Positions 1 through 9,139 of a stretch of DNA of 64,000 nt are shown in pieces. The position numbers were made by a program, and so were the translations under genes. Location of the stretch: contig CAVZGV010000004.1 of NCBI GenBank assembly GCA_963774955.1, forward strand, positions 131,522 through 195,521, given 5' to 3'. The DNA is from Candidatus Falkowbacteria bacterium (lineage in GTDB: Bacteria > Patescibacteriota > Patescibacteriia > CAIXNZ01). The notes under the pieces were generated by a model that was not told the origin of the DNA, made no database searches, and saw nothing but the letters and a program-made list of their open reading frames with translations. How positions within the stretch are numbered: position 1 is the stretch's first letter; the number at the start of each line of letters is the position of its first letter.

Positions 1-321
1 GTTACGCGCATAATTCAAACTAAGTTTAAAAACTTGTCTGAATACGGGATACCTCTCAAAACAATTACAGCCATTAGACAAAAGGAGAAAATATCACCCG
101 AGGCTAGTATTGAAATTATTAATTTTAAATACCTTTAATTCCGAATGAATTTTGAATTTTTAAATTTGAGAAGCTATGCTACTTATTCACAATAAAAAAG
201 ATCTCATATTAATATACATTTAACTGCATAATTGAACCTTTGCCTAAAACAAGAAAATATCGCATAATTAACATATAAAGCAGTTGTAACTACGTCAAAA
301 TTTATTTTTTAATAGCAAAAC

Positions 322-1167
322 ATGAGACAGCCTCTTATAATTAAAATCATTGTTATTGTTTTAATATTTTTCGTGGTTTCAGTAATTTTCCCTGAGAATA
401 TTAAAATCGCAGAAACTTCAAACCTGTTAACCGCCACAACGGTTTTATTCGGCCTTTTGGCTGGTTTTTTTATTGCATCTGCTCTGACTAATTATTTCCG
501 TTTACAATCATTAATTGCCGAGGAAACAGCCGATATAATATCTTTATACCAAAGAGTTATTACCTTAGCGCCAAGATTAAAAAAGAAGATTCTGGCGGCC
601 ATTGATACTTACGTCATTGCTGCTTTTGATTATGAACTATCTGTATATATAAATAAAACCTGGCCGCAATTCAATCAGCTGCTCAAAATTTGTCAGCAAA
701 TTAATTCATTACCTCGTAATATGCTAGCCGAAGATTATAGCGAGTTGCTATCATTACAGAATGATCTGCTTAAAATACGACAGGAAATTACCCTGACTTC
801 CAGAAAAATATTGGGTTGGGGCCATTGGATTTTTTTAATTTCCTTGGCAATTGTCATTATATTCTTACTTTTTGTTATAAATGACGGATCTTTAATCTCT
901 TCGCTGATTACTGTTCTGCTGGCCACTGCCACGGTTATTATCATGATCCTATTATATGAAATCGATAGCAATTTATTTGCCGAAGATGAATTGTCATTCA
1001 CTATTTACCAAAGAATATTTCTCCAGCTCGATTTACTGCCATATTATCCTGAAGATGTAATTACCAAAGGACGCCTTAAACTCCAACAGGGTAAGTATCG
1101 AATCGGCTATTACTTAGATTACCCTAAATCAACTAAGAAAAAAATTAAACTTTATATTGCTCAATGA
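322..1167 (+). CDS. Hypothetical polytopic membrane protein; its stop overlaps the start of the next gene (ATGA)
   Basis: 281-aa ORF with several long hydrophobic stretches. It is translationally coupled to the RIO-type kinase ORF. Confidence 0.5.
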   Translation: MRQPLIIKIIVIVLIFFVVSVIFPENIKIAETSNLLTATTVLFGLLAGFFIASALTNYFRLQSLIAEETADIISLYQRVITLAPRLKKKILAAIDTYVIAAFDYELSVYINKTWPQFNQLLKICQQINSLPRNMLAEDYSELLSLQNDLLKIRQEITLTSRKILGWGHWIFLISLAIVIIFLLFVINDGSLISSLITVLLATATVIIMILLYEIDSNLFAEDELSFTIYQRIFLQLDLLPYYPEDVITKGRLKLQQGKYRIGYYLDYPKSTKKKIKLYIAQ

Positions 1168-1859
1168 ACGATATAATAATTGCTGATATATTCAATAAAG
1201 CAAAACGTTTCAACCATCAAATTGAGCTGGTTTCTAATGTGAAATCTGGCAAAGAAGCTACGGTTTACCGTGTATTGCTTGATAATAAGTTAGCCGCGAT
1301 GAAACTGTATAAAAATCCTGAAGCCAGATCCTTTACAAATACAGGGTTATACTTAATGGGGAAGTATTACAAAAATCCCTCTCATAAAAAAGCCTTGGCT
1401 AAAAACAATAAATTTGCCAAGAAACTAAAGTTTGAAAATTGGGTTAAACGAGAATTTGTTCTGCTTGAAAAATTATATAGCCTGGGGGCTAAAATTCCCA
1501 AGCCGATTCTTCAAATTGATAATGCAATTTTCATGGAATTTCTGGGCAGCAATGAAATAGTTGCCCCCAAAATCCGTGATGTTGCTTTAAAAATAGATGA
1601 GGCGGAAAAAGCATTTACTGCAATTATCAAGACAATGGTTATTTTTTGGAATTTTGGTATAGTCCATGCAGATTTGTCAGAATATAATATACTTTGGTGG
1701 AATAACGAGCCTTATGTAATTGATTTCCCTCAGTCTATAGATAAAAGGACTCATCCCAATGCTGAAGATCTTTTAAATAGAGATTTACAGAATATCACAA
1801 AATTTTTCAGCCAATATGTTAAAGTTGATGTTGATGAAATTAAAAAATTATTTTCATAA
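1164..1859 (+). CDS. RIO-type atypical Ser/Thr protein kinase
   Basis: Motifs GKEATVY (RIO P-loop-like STGKEANVY), VHADLSEYNIL (RIO catalytic loop LVHGDLSEYN) and VIDFPQS (metal-binding loop). Length 231 aa. Confidence 0.65.
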   Translation: MNDIIIADIFNKAKRFNHQIELVSNVKSGKEATVYRVLLDNKLAAMKLYKNPEARSFTNTGLYLMGKYYKNPSHKKALAKNNKFAKKLKFENWVKREFVLLEKLYSLGAKIPKPILQIDNAIFMEFLGSNEIVAPKIRDVALKIDEAEKAFTAIIKTMVIFWNFGIVHADLSEYNILWWNNEPYVIDFPQSIDKRTHPNAEDLLNRDLQNITKFFSQYVKVDVDEIKKLFS

Positions 1860-1887
1860 AATAACCTAACATATTCATTCGCGATTA

Positions 1888-1983
1888 AGATAACTTTTTT
1901 ATGATTTTTGGGGAATTTATTCCGGGGTAACCAAAGCTTCTTATGATATAATTTAATTGGTTAATTTTCTAATAAATACAATT
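1888..1983 (+). promoter_or_regulatory. Promoter/leader module, copy 1, with an extended -10 (TGATATAAT); a near-identical copy lies at 2690-2776
   Basis: ~90-bp direct repeat (ttttgg..aatttattccgggKtaaccaaagctt..atgatataatttaattgSttaattttctaa-aaatacaattATG) upstream of two small genes. Confidence 0.5.
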
Positions 1984-2235
1984 ATGAAGATTGAAACAAT
2001 AGATTCTGGTTCGCCAGAAAAGGAACCGAAAAAAAAATTTAAAGTTGGAGTTGAAATGGAGGCTTACGGAAAAGATGGGTCAGAAATTGAAGGCGGAGAT
2101 CTTTGGGAAGATGTGATAGTGGAAGCAGTCAACGAAGACGAAGCTAGAGACATAGTATTTAATAAAATGGATTTTGGGAACAGGACACCTAATGGTTTTT
2201 CAGAAGTAGAAGAAATAGTTAAATCCAAGGAATAA
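1984..2235 (+). CDS. Small acidic hypothetical protein (start trimmed to the first ATG after the repeated leader)
   Basis: In-frame ATG at 1984 (MKIETIDSG...). The ORF-track start at 1957 lies inside the repeated promoter module. Confidence 0.4.
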   Translation: MKIETIDSGSPEKEPKKKFKVGVEMEAYGKDGSEIEGGDLWEDVIVEAVNEDEARDIVFNKMDFGNRTPNGFSEVEEIVKSKE

Positions 2236-2381
2236 TTTTCATTTCAAGGTGTAAAATTTGATAAATAAATTACCCATGAACGCGCCTTTTCGAATGAATA
2301 TAATTATTCCGCCGAACCTAATAAGTAAAAAAGCTACCGGATTAGCGGTAGCCTGATGTCAGTATATAACCTTAATGTTTT

Positions 2382-2534
2382 TTAGTGCATCCCTGTGGTT
2401 GTAACTTTCCAACCTTCCTTCTCAAGCTTCTCTTTGCAGGAAGGGCAAACTTCAGTTTTGATTTCCTTGCCCTTTTCCATGATAAAGAAGAACCCGGTTT
2501 CTCCGCCGCAGACAACACATGTTCCTGGCATCAT
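2382..2534 (-). CDS. Small CxxC...CxxC zinc-ribbon-like protein (50 aa, absent from the ORF track)
   Basis: The reverse strand reads a GGAGGG RBS followed by ATGATG: MMPGTCVVCGGETGFFFIMEKGKEIKTEVCPSCKEKLEKEGWKVTTTGMH*. A hairpin plus T-run terminator lies at 2334-2356 on the minus strand. Confidence 0.45.
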   Translation of the reverse strand: MMPGTCVVCGGETGFFFIMEKGKEIKTEVCPSCKEKLEKEGWKVTTTGMH

Positions 2535-2689
2535 AATTTTTCCCTCCTGATTTTTCTTGTCCCAAGTTTGTTTTTATCCTTAAATACATTAACAAACTAT
2601 TATAGCATAGAAACTAACAGCTGTCAATACATAGCCTAAGAATTTTTAAATAAGACTATAATACTAATTTTAATGAAATAGTTAAAAAT

Positions 2690-2776
2690 TTATTTTTTGA
2701 TTTTTGGAAAATTTATTCCGGGTTAACCAAAGCTTATGATATAATTTAATTGCTTAATTTTCTAACAAATACAATT
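2690..2776 (+). promoter_or_regulatory. Promoter/leader module, copy 2 (TGATATAAT -10)
   Basis: Near-identical to 1888-1983. Confidence 0.5.
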
Positions 2777-3082
2777 ATGATGATTTTCAAACGATTTACA
2801 GAATTCCTTAAACAATATAGAATTATAGCCATTTCAGTGGCATTTATTGTGGGCATGGCTGCGTTAAATTTAGTACAATCTATTGTGAATGATGTTATTT
2901 TGCCGTTCATCAGGCCATTGATTTCCAAAGACTCAGCTACCTGGGAAGATATAATTCTGCCGCTTGGTTCAGCCAACATAAGGATAGGCTCTTTTTTGAG
3001 CGCTCTTATTAGTTTTTTACTAATAGTGCTATTTCTCTATATATTTGTTGATAGGATTTTACATTGGAAACCCCAAAAATAA
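2777..3082 (+). CDS. Small membrane protein (start trimmed to ATG 2777)
   Basis: MMIFKRFTEFLKQYRIIAISVAFIVGMAALNL... Two TM-like segments. Confidence 0.45.
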   Translation: MMIFKRFTEFLKQYRIIAISVAFIVGMAALNLVQSIVNDVILPFIRPLISKDSATWEDIILPLGSANIRIGSFLSALISFLLIVLFLYIFVDRILHWKPQK

Positions 3083-3807
3083 TTTTCATGAACTACAATA
3101 AATTAAACTTTTACGGCAGTATCTTCGGGCTAATTATTGGCGTTGCTCTTATGATCGGCATGCCTTTCATGATTATGGGTTATATACCTAATCATTTCAT
3201 GCTCTATTTGATTCTGGGCATCATGGCTTTTACTATTATATTTATGCTGGGAATGATGATTTTGATGTTGCTGAGAAAAACCCTGGTGTCCAAATTAATA
3301 GCTCCGGTTTTTATTCCGTCGATTGCTGCTGTCGTATTTTTTGCTTTGATCACCTATCAGTTATTGGGACCTCAACTGGTAGATCCGGCTAATCTTCCTT
3401 ATCTTGAGCTGGTCAACCAACTGAATCCCTGGAAAATATTAGCCTATACACCTTATTATGCGACTGGTCTATTTTTTATTTTCCTGCTGCCTCTTATTAT
3501 TTATTTTTTAAAATTTCAATATGAAACTGCTTTTGGTAGAGAAAAACTATTGAAAAACGGTATCAGCTCGCAAGCTAGAATAATTAGTGTCGAAGATTTT
3601 GGTATGAAAGTAAATAATGTACCAGTTTTTAAAATTACGCTGGAAATAAATTCATCTTCTCAGGGGGTTTATCAGGTAACAAAGAACTTTTACGTCCCAC
3701 AGTTTACTTTAGGTGAGTTAGTGGTCGGCAAAATGATTAATATTAAAATTGACCCCAATAACCCCAAAAATGTAGCCCTTGATACCTGGACAGGTGAATT
3801 TGAATAG
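3064..3807 (+). CDS. Hypothetical polytopic membrane protein
   Basis: 247-aa ORF. The N-terminal two thirds are strongly hydrophobic. Confidence 0.5.
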   Translation: METPKIIFMNYNKLNFYGSIFGLIIGVALMIGMPFMIMGYIPNHFMLYLILGIMAFTIIFMLGMMILMLLRKTLVSKLIAPVFIPSIAAVVFFALITYQLLGPQLVDPANLPYLELVNQLNPWKILAYTPYYATGLFFIFLLPLIIYFLKFQYETAFGREKLLKNGISSQARIISVEDFGMKVNNVPVFKITLEINSSSQGVYQVTKNFYVPQFTLGELVVGKMINIKIDPNNPKNVALDTWTGEFE

Positions 3808-4039
3808 AAAATAAACATACAAAAGATAATTTTGAGGCTTAAACGTTATTACTTTGTTAATAGCGTTTTAATTTTATCTAATTTTAGCCTTAATTAACCG
3901 AAGTCATTGACAAAATTCCATTTTTATGATAAGCTAATTAATTACAAATATTAGGCAACAGAAGGTCTGTTAGCCTTGCTCTTTTCAACTAGAGTTAGTA
4001 CAAAATCAATCAAAGCCAACCAAAGAAAGAGAGGAAATA

Positions 4040-5080
4040 TTGATGAAAAAGTTTGCAAACGTGATGATGATTGTGCTGGCGCTGACCATATTTGGCAGCG
4101 TTGCGGCCATGGCTCAATCCGGGGGCTACAACTACGTGACGCCGTATGTTTCGGTGGATCGCTTTGACATCGGGAGCTACACGCTTACCGAGCGTCATTA
4201 TCAGATCATCCGCGACCAGGTTGTTCCGTACGCGTTGGCTCATCCGGAAGAACGTCTGGAACTCCAGCCGTTTGTATCCACACTGCTTTACAACAATGAC
4301 GAAGACTTCAGAAAGCAGAGGGAACTGGCGACCAATCGCGGCCTAGTCACGGCTGATGCCATTATCGCTATTTCCAGCGGTCGCATCAATCGCAATCAGA
4401 TCTGGATCTACCCCGTTGTTATGGGCATTCAGGGCACACCCGGATCCTATGACCCTTACGCCAACCAGAAGGTTGACGTCTATTTTGCCCGCCCTGGGCA
4501 GCCTTCACCGGCCGCTCAGATTCAGACCAGGGTTGAAGTGGTTGTAAACCTGCCGAGCTATTGTACCTCGGACGTTATCCAGTCGCAGCCGGAAAACCGC
4601 AACGGCTACAATGTTATTACCGTGACTGTCAATGTTACCTGCAATCCTCCGGCAAATCCCAGTCCTGGTAATACTGTAACCGAATATCATGGTGATACTA
4701 CGCCTCCGCCCCCAAAACCGCACTCCAGTTGTAACCTTCACGGACGGCTCTGGACCATCGTGATGCCGATCATCGGCTTCGGTATCGGCTATGCGGCCGG
4801 TCCGATTGACATCGATCTTGACGGTGGCGATGGTGGTGGCCCTGGCGGCGGTGATGGCGGTGATGCCAGATTCTATATGAACCGCGAATCCGTCGGCTTG
4901 ATCGGCGCGGGTATCTTTTTGCCCATCGGCATATTAATGGATGATCATTTTGCGGAAAACCCCCGACCGGGTATTTCGCTCAACTGGATGTTCGACCAGT
5001 CGAATTCCCGGGCGGTAAGAAACTTTTCCGCTGACACGGATATCCGGTTTAACTTTTTCGTTATGCCGGCCAGGCAGTAA
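4040..5080 (+). CDS. Secreted hypothetical protein with a Gly/Asp-rich segment, encoded in a GC-rich (~58 %) island
   Basis: N-terminal signal peptide (MMKKFANVMMIVLALTIFGSVAAMA), GGDGGGPGGGDGGD tract, and an abrupt GC jump relative to the ~30 % GC flanks. It has a low-GC native-style promoter, TTGACA-17-TATGAT, at ~3900-3935. Confidence 0.6.
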   Translation: MMKKFANVMMIVLALTIFGSVAAMAQSGGYNYVTPYVSVDRFDIGSYTLTERHYQIIRDQVVPYALAHPEERLELQPFVSTLLYNNDEDFRKQRELATNRGLVTADAIIAISSGRINRNQIWIYPVVMGIQGTPGSYDPYANQKVDVYFARPGQPSPAAQIQTRVEVVVNLPSYCTSDVIQSQPENRNGYNVITVTVNVTCNPPANPSPGNTVTEYHGDTTPPPPKPHSSCNLHGRLWTIVMPIIGFGIGYAAGPIDIDLDGGDGGGPGGGDGGDARFYMNRESVGLIGAGIFLPIGILMDDHFAENPRPGISLNWMFDQSNSRAVRNFSADTDIRFNFFVMPARQ

Positions 5081-5084
5081 AATT

Positions 5085-5125
5085 TTAGCCCCGCACCTAA
5101 GCGCAAGCAAAGGTGCGGGGCTTTT
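5085..5125 (+). terminator. Rho-independent terminator
   Basis: gccccgcacc taagcgcaagcaaa ggtgcggggc followed by ttttc. Confidence 0.7.
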
Positions 5126-5129
5126 TCTT

Positions 5130-6911
5130 TTGCTTAAAATACGATATTTTTATATACTTAAATCAGTAATTTTTATTAATAATTTAACTTTCATGAAACT
5201 TTCGTTTCTTCCAATTAAAGAAAAACCGTTTACAATTATTTTAATTGTACTGGCTGTTTTAGGCCTTATCCTTTTTAGCTACCAATTTTATGAAGAGACC
5301 AAATATTTTCATAAAGGTGATTTTAGCAAAATGTTTGAACCGATAATTACTGAACAAGAAGCCTTGACCAAAGCCACAGATTATTTAATTCAAAATGATT
5401 TGGCGCCGGCTAATCTGGAAAATTATACTACGGCCTTGTCTTTTGTTAGCAATGATCAAAGTTTGGCCTTTTTGGATAAAACCCAGGGAGAAACGAAAAC
5501 CGCTGAATATTTGGATAAAAATAAGATGCCGACAGTAGATTACGTGGTTCGTTATTTTAAAGAACTGGAAGTCGAAGAATTTAATGTAGAACTTGATTCT
5601 TCAACCGGAGAAATTACGGGCTATGCCCACATTTTGCCGGAAGAAGCTAAAATAGATTCTTTAAGCCAGGAACAGGCGCAAGCGATGGCTTTGGCCTTTT
5701 TAAGTAAGGAATATGATCCGGACACCTTGGAAAAAAAAGACGAAGTGGATTACAAACAACCGAATCGCACTGATTATGCCGTCAGCTATAAGGTTAAAAA
5801 CACCGAACTTCAAACTCGATACGGAGAAGCTCATGCCGAATTATCAGTTGTTATTCAGGGCAATCAAATCGGCGGATTTAGTTATACCTTATTTGTACCG
5901 GAAAATTTTGGGCTGGCCATTACTAAAGAAATGGCCTCTGGCATGTTTTTAAGCATTTTATCAGCCTTAGCCACGGTTTTTATCTATGTCCTCGCCTTTG
6001 TAATCATGATAAAAAAATTTATTAAAAAAGAGACTAATTGGAAATTTTTTCTGTATTTATCCTTAATCTTGCTGGCTTTATTAATCTTAGTGCTAGTTAA
6101 TACATATCCCTTGTTGAAATCCAGCTATGCGACCGAAGCGCCTTATCTGGTATTTATGGGTATTGTTTTTGTAACCGGAATAATCGCCCTTATTTTTAGC
6201 GTCGCCGGCATATTTATCAGCATGGTCAGCGGCGAAGCCTTGGCCCGCGAAGTCTGGCCGGAAAAAATATCAGTTTTAAGCAAGATAATAAAAAAGGAAT
6301 ATTTTTCCAAAGATCTAGCTTATGCGGTTGGTCGCGGTTATTTAGTGGCTTTTATTTCCCTGGGCTTAACTACCATCATTTATTCTTTAGGCAAGAAATA
6401 TCTGGGTGTCTGGTCTTTGAGCACTTATGAGGATTTTAGTGATTTATTAACATTTTTTCCGCCCTTAATCTTATTTGCCACAATTTTAATGGCTGCCATT
6501 ACCGAAGAATTTCTTTATCGACTAATTGGGATTACCTTTTTTAGAAAATACTTGCATTCCACTGTTTTGGCTGTTTTGGTCACAACTTTAATTTGGGCCG
6601 TGGCTCATTCCAATTACCCAGTTTTTCCGTATTATTTCAGAGCTATTGAATTAATGATTACCGGTTCGTTATTTGCCTATATATTTATCCGTTATAATCT
6701 GACCACTATGATAGTAGCTCATTATCTGATTAACGGCATTTTGCTGGGTTCAACTTTATTTTTCTCCGGCCGACTGGACCTGCTGACTTATTCACTAATA
6801 ATCATTCTCTTACCTTTACTCATTGGCCTGATCAGCTTTTTTCTGGCTAAAAAGACAAGCTTGCCTATAGTACCGCCTACTACTCCAATGCCAAATCAAA
6901 TCAATCTCTGA
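5130..6911 (+). CDS. Membrane protein with a C-terminal CPBP (CAAX protease/Abi) intramembrane metalloprotease domain
   Basis: Motifs EEFLYR, a conserved ...AVAHSNYP... segment and MIVAHYLINGIL within TM helices. The real start may be ATG 5193 (MKLSFLP). Confidence 0.55.
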   Translation: MLKIRYFYILKSVIFINNLTFMKLSFLPIKEKPFTIILIVLAVLGLILFSYQFYEETKYFHKGDFSKMFEPIITEQEALTKATDYLIQNDLAPANLENYTTALSFVSNDQSLAFLDKTQGETKTAEYLDKNKMPTVDYVVRYFKELEVEEFNVELDSSTGEITGYAHILPEEAKIDSLSQEQAQAMALAFLSKEYDPDTLEKKDEVDYKQPNRTDYAVSYKVKNTELQTRYGEAHAELSVVIQGNQIGGFSYTLFVPENFGLAITKEMASGMFLSILSALATVFIYVLAFVIMIKKFIKKETNWKFFLYLSLILLALLILVLVNTYPLLKSSYATEAPYLVFMGIVFVTGIIALIFSVAGIFISMVSGEALAREVWPEKISVLSKIIKKEYFSKDLAYAVGRGYLVAFISLGLTTIIYSLGKKYLGVWSLSTYEDFSDLLTFFPPLILFATILMAAITEEFLYRLIGITFFRKYLHSTVLAVLVTTLIWAVAHSNYPVFPYYFRAIELMITGSLFAYIFIRYNLTTMIVAHYLINGILLGSTLFFSGRLDLLTYSLIIILLPLLIGLISFFLAKKTSLPIVPPTTPMPNQINL

Positions 6912-6972
6912 TTGATACTCCTCCAAAAATACAAATTAAAAGGACTTCCGCAATGGAAGTCCTTGTTTGTCT

Positions 6973-7458
6973 TTATTCGGATTTGTGTTTGGCCGCCCGC
7001 CGATCTGATTTTGTAAATAATTCCTGTCTGAATCCATGTAGATTGGCGACATCCTGCAAAAGGAGCGTCATGGCTTCCTGACGGGTAAAACCGGCTTTGA
7101 TGTAAATCTTCAAAATCTGGATCCTCAGTTTGGCCCTGAGCTCAGCATTTTTCAGTAATGCTTGCTGGAATTTAGGGTCTTCCCTGACAACATTCATAAG
7201 TTCGATAATAGTGGTTATCAGGGGCTGAAAATCCGTTGTCGCCTTTTTCAGCAAAAGATCGACCGAATCCAATAGAAAGAGATACTTATTAACATTACTG
7301 TCATAAAAATCTCTTAAAAATTGATTGAGCTCCTCAGCAGACATCTCACCACTCTGCACCTTTAAAACCAGTTCTGCTACTTGTTCAAAAACCTTCTCTC
7401 TCATCATCCTTCCTTTCCTCCTTTTGTTTTCATCTTTTACTACTAAAATTACCTCCAA
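6973..7458 (-). CDS. Hypothetical protein
   Basis: 161-aa ORF with its own promoter (TTGACA-17-TAATAT) at ~7470-7510 on the minus strand. Confidence 0.5.
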   Translation of the reverse strand: MEVILVVKDENKRRKGRMMREKVFEQVAELVLKVQSGEMSAEELNQFLRDFYDSNVNKYLFLLDSVDLLLKKATTDFQPLITTIIELMNVVREDPKFQQALLKNAELRAKLRIQILKIYIKAGFTRQEAMTLLLQDVANLHGFRQELFTKSDRRAAKHKSE

Positions 7459-7521
7459 TCAATTTATTATCACTCAATATTAACATAAAATAATTTATTT
7501 GTCAATCTTTAGACAAAAATA

Positions 7522-7550
7522 AAAAGGCCACATTCAAATGGCCTTTTTTA
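7522..7550. terminator. Bidirectional hairpin terminator (ggccacattcaaatggcc flanked by A-run and T-run)
   Basis: Perfect stem with T-runs on both strands. It overlaps the stop of the small minus-strand gene. Confidence 0.6.
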
Positions 7551-7713
7551 AATCTTTACTGCGACTAAGTTGCCTTCTCAATCGCTGCAGTTTTTTATCT
7601 GCAGGACTGCCCGGCATGACATCATGGCAAAAACAGATATCGCCTAAATTTAGGCTGCTGAGACTCAGACCGCAAAGCAAACATTTTCTTTCGCCCTGCT
7701 CCAAGTTTTCCAT
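7534..7713 (-). CDS. Small Cys-containing protein (59 aa)
   Basis: The reverse strand reads a GGAGGA RBS then ATG: MENLEQGERKCLLCGLSLSSLNLGDICFCHDVMPGSPADKKLQRLRRQLSRSKDLKKAI*. The plus-strand ORF 7538-7801 is its shadow. Confidence 0.4.
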   Translation of the reverse strand: MENLEQGERKCLLCGLSLSSLNLGDICFCHDVMPGSPADKKLQRLRRQLSRSKDLKKAI

Positions 7714-7816
7714 GACTATCCTCCTATGTTGCTTTTTTATGTATTATTCTTTATTGATATTCTTTTTTTTATTATATCCTGATTTATCATTTTGTCAATA
7801 ATTTAAACTTAAAAAG

Positions 7817-7847
7817 AAAACCCCCGAGATTGCTCCCGGGGGATTTT
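7817..7847 (-). terminator. Terminator hairpin (cccccgagattgctcccggggg); an identical copy lies at 9096-9126
   Basis: GC hairpin followed by a T-run on the minus strand, immediately 3' of gene 7850-8989. Confidence 0.6.
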
Positions 7848-7849
7848 GT

Positions 7850-8989
7850 TTACTCAAGAATGTTTTTACTGCCTAAGGGTAATTGGTCATTTTTTAATTG
7901 ATCTGCATTGATCAAACATGGCCTTACCCATATTGTCTTGGGACAATTTGGATCTTGGCCATAACCAGGGGGACGACGCCAATGTCCACTGCGGAAATGT
8001 GGGCTTTTAGCTGTACCAGTCAAATAATCCGTGTCTAGCTGACTGAAGGCCTCTCTTTCCTTCTGTGAAATGATCCTTTCGTGGGCAAAAGTAAAAATTT
8101 GGCTGGTTTTGAATAACTTATCAGCCTCAGGGTCTTTTGACTGAGCCCCAGGCAAACAAACGGGGTTAATTTGTACCTTCTTAATTATGTTGGGCATATT
8201 TTGAAAGAAGAAACAAACACCCATTAGAATCTTAAAAACTCTCAGCCAAAATTTATCATCATGATCAAGCTCGATCAGCAAACTCCTATATTGCTGGACA
8301 AACTGAGTAATATCACCTGTCCAAAGGTCTCTAGCAATATAATACCGCTTGATGTTAGGACGATTAGAGATGAGGTCAAAATCATATTGCTTGATCTTCT
8401 TATCAATCTTGTTCCAGCGTTTCTTTCTGATGGCCCACCTGATTTTATCCGTTACTGACTGATCCATCAGTTTGACGCTTTTCCATTTGATATCCAAAAG
8501 TAAAATGCTTAAATACTTTTTGCCATACAGATCCAAACTATCGGCAAAAAGCAGGCAGTCAAAACTATTCCCTTCCATATCCGTTATGGGCTGCTCTAGA
8601 GTCAAAGCAAAAGAGCCAAAAGGGAAATGGAGATCTTCACAGTCAACTTTTTTCAGTGATGTGGCCAAAAACATATTCGCCAAAAATTTATCTAAATGAT
8701 AAATCCTTTTAGAACTATTTACCCAGGCATGGAAAAAAACAGGCAAGATATCCGAAGTTTGACGACCTTCATCGTCTGGAATTTCTTCGGGTATGAATCT
8801 TCCATCAAAAGGCTGGCCGAATGAATGCGCCAAATAACTGCGAAACTCAGGCGCATAATGAAAATATTCTTTAGTGAAACTATACCCATTCTCAGCAAGA
8901 CCTTGGGCGTAACCTCCTTCCATAATCAAACATCTGTTCTCCCAATGTACCAGCAGATTTTCTAATTGGGTAATTTGTCCGATTTTCAT
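7850..8989 (-). CDS. Hypothetical protein (379 aa), bounded by ~60-bp direct repeats
   Basis: Long ORF with no recognisable motif. Both flanks contain tttgtcaat...aaaacccccgagattgctcccgggggattt...ctcaaga. Confidence 0.5.
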   Translation of the reverse strand: MKIGQITQLENLLVHWENRCLIMEGGYAQGLAENGYSFTKEYFHYAPEFRSYLAHSFGQPFDGRFIPEEIPDDEGRQTSDILPVFFHAWVNSSKRIYHLDKFLANMFLATSLKKVDCEDLHFPFGSFALTLEQPITDMEGNSFDCLLFADSLDLYGKKYLSILLLDIKWKSVKLMDQSVTDKIRWAIRKKRWNKIDKKIKQYDFDLISNRPNIKRYYIARDLWTGDITQFVQQYRSLLIELDHDDKFWLRVFKILMGVCFFFQNMPNIIKKVQINPVCLPGAQSKDPEADKLFKTSQIFTFAHERIISQKEREAFSQLDTDYLTGTAKSPHFRSGHWRRPPGYGQDPNCPKTIWVRPCLINADQLKNDQLPLGSKNILE

Positions 8990-9095
8990 CCTAATACCTC
9001 CCTATATATATTTTAAAAAAGAACCTTCCGTAATCTATAAATCTAATCACTTATTGAGCATTTTGTCAATCTTTAAATCATAAATTTATAAAAAA

Positions 9096-9126
9096 ACCCC
9101 CGAGATTGCTCCCGGGGGATTTGCGC
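9096..9126 (-). terminator. Terminator hairpin identical to 7817-7847
   Basis: Same 30-bp sequence, 3' of gene 9140-9550. Confidence 0.6.
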
Positions 9127-9139
9127 CTAGCTCAAGATG

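Noticed and set aside
2385-2639. Plus-strand ORF of 84 aa from the six-frame track
   Set aside because: Its sequence is low-complexity. The opposite strand carries a compact 50-aa CxxC protein with a GGAGGG RBS and a downstream hairpin plus T-run, which is the better explanation.
7538-7801. Plus-strand ORF of 87 aa
   Set aside because: It is the shadow of the minus-strand 59-aa ORF with a GGAGGA RBS. It runs through a terminator and a T-rich tract.
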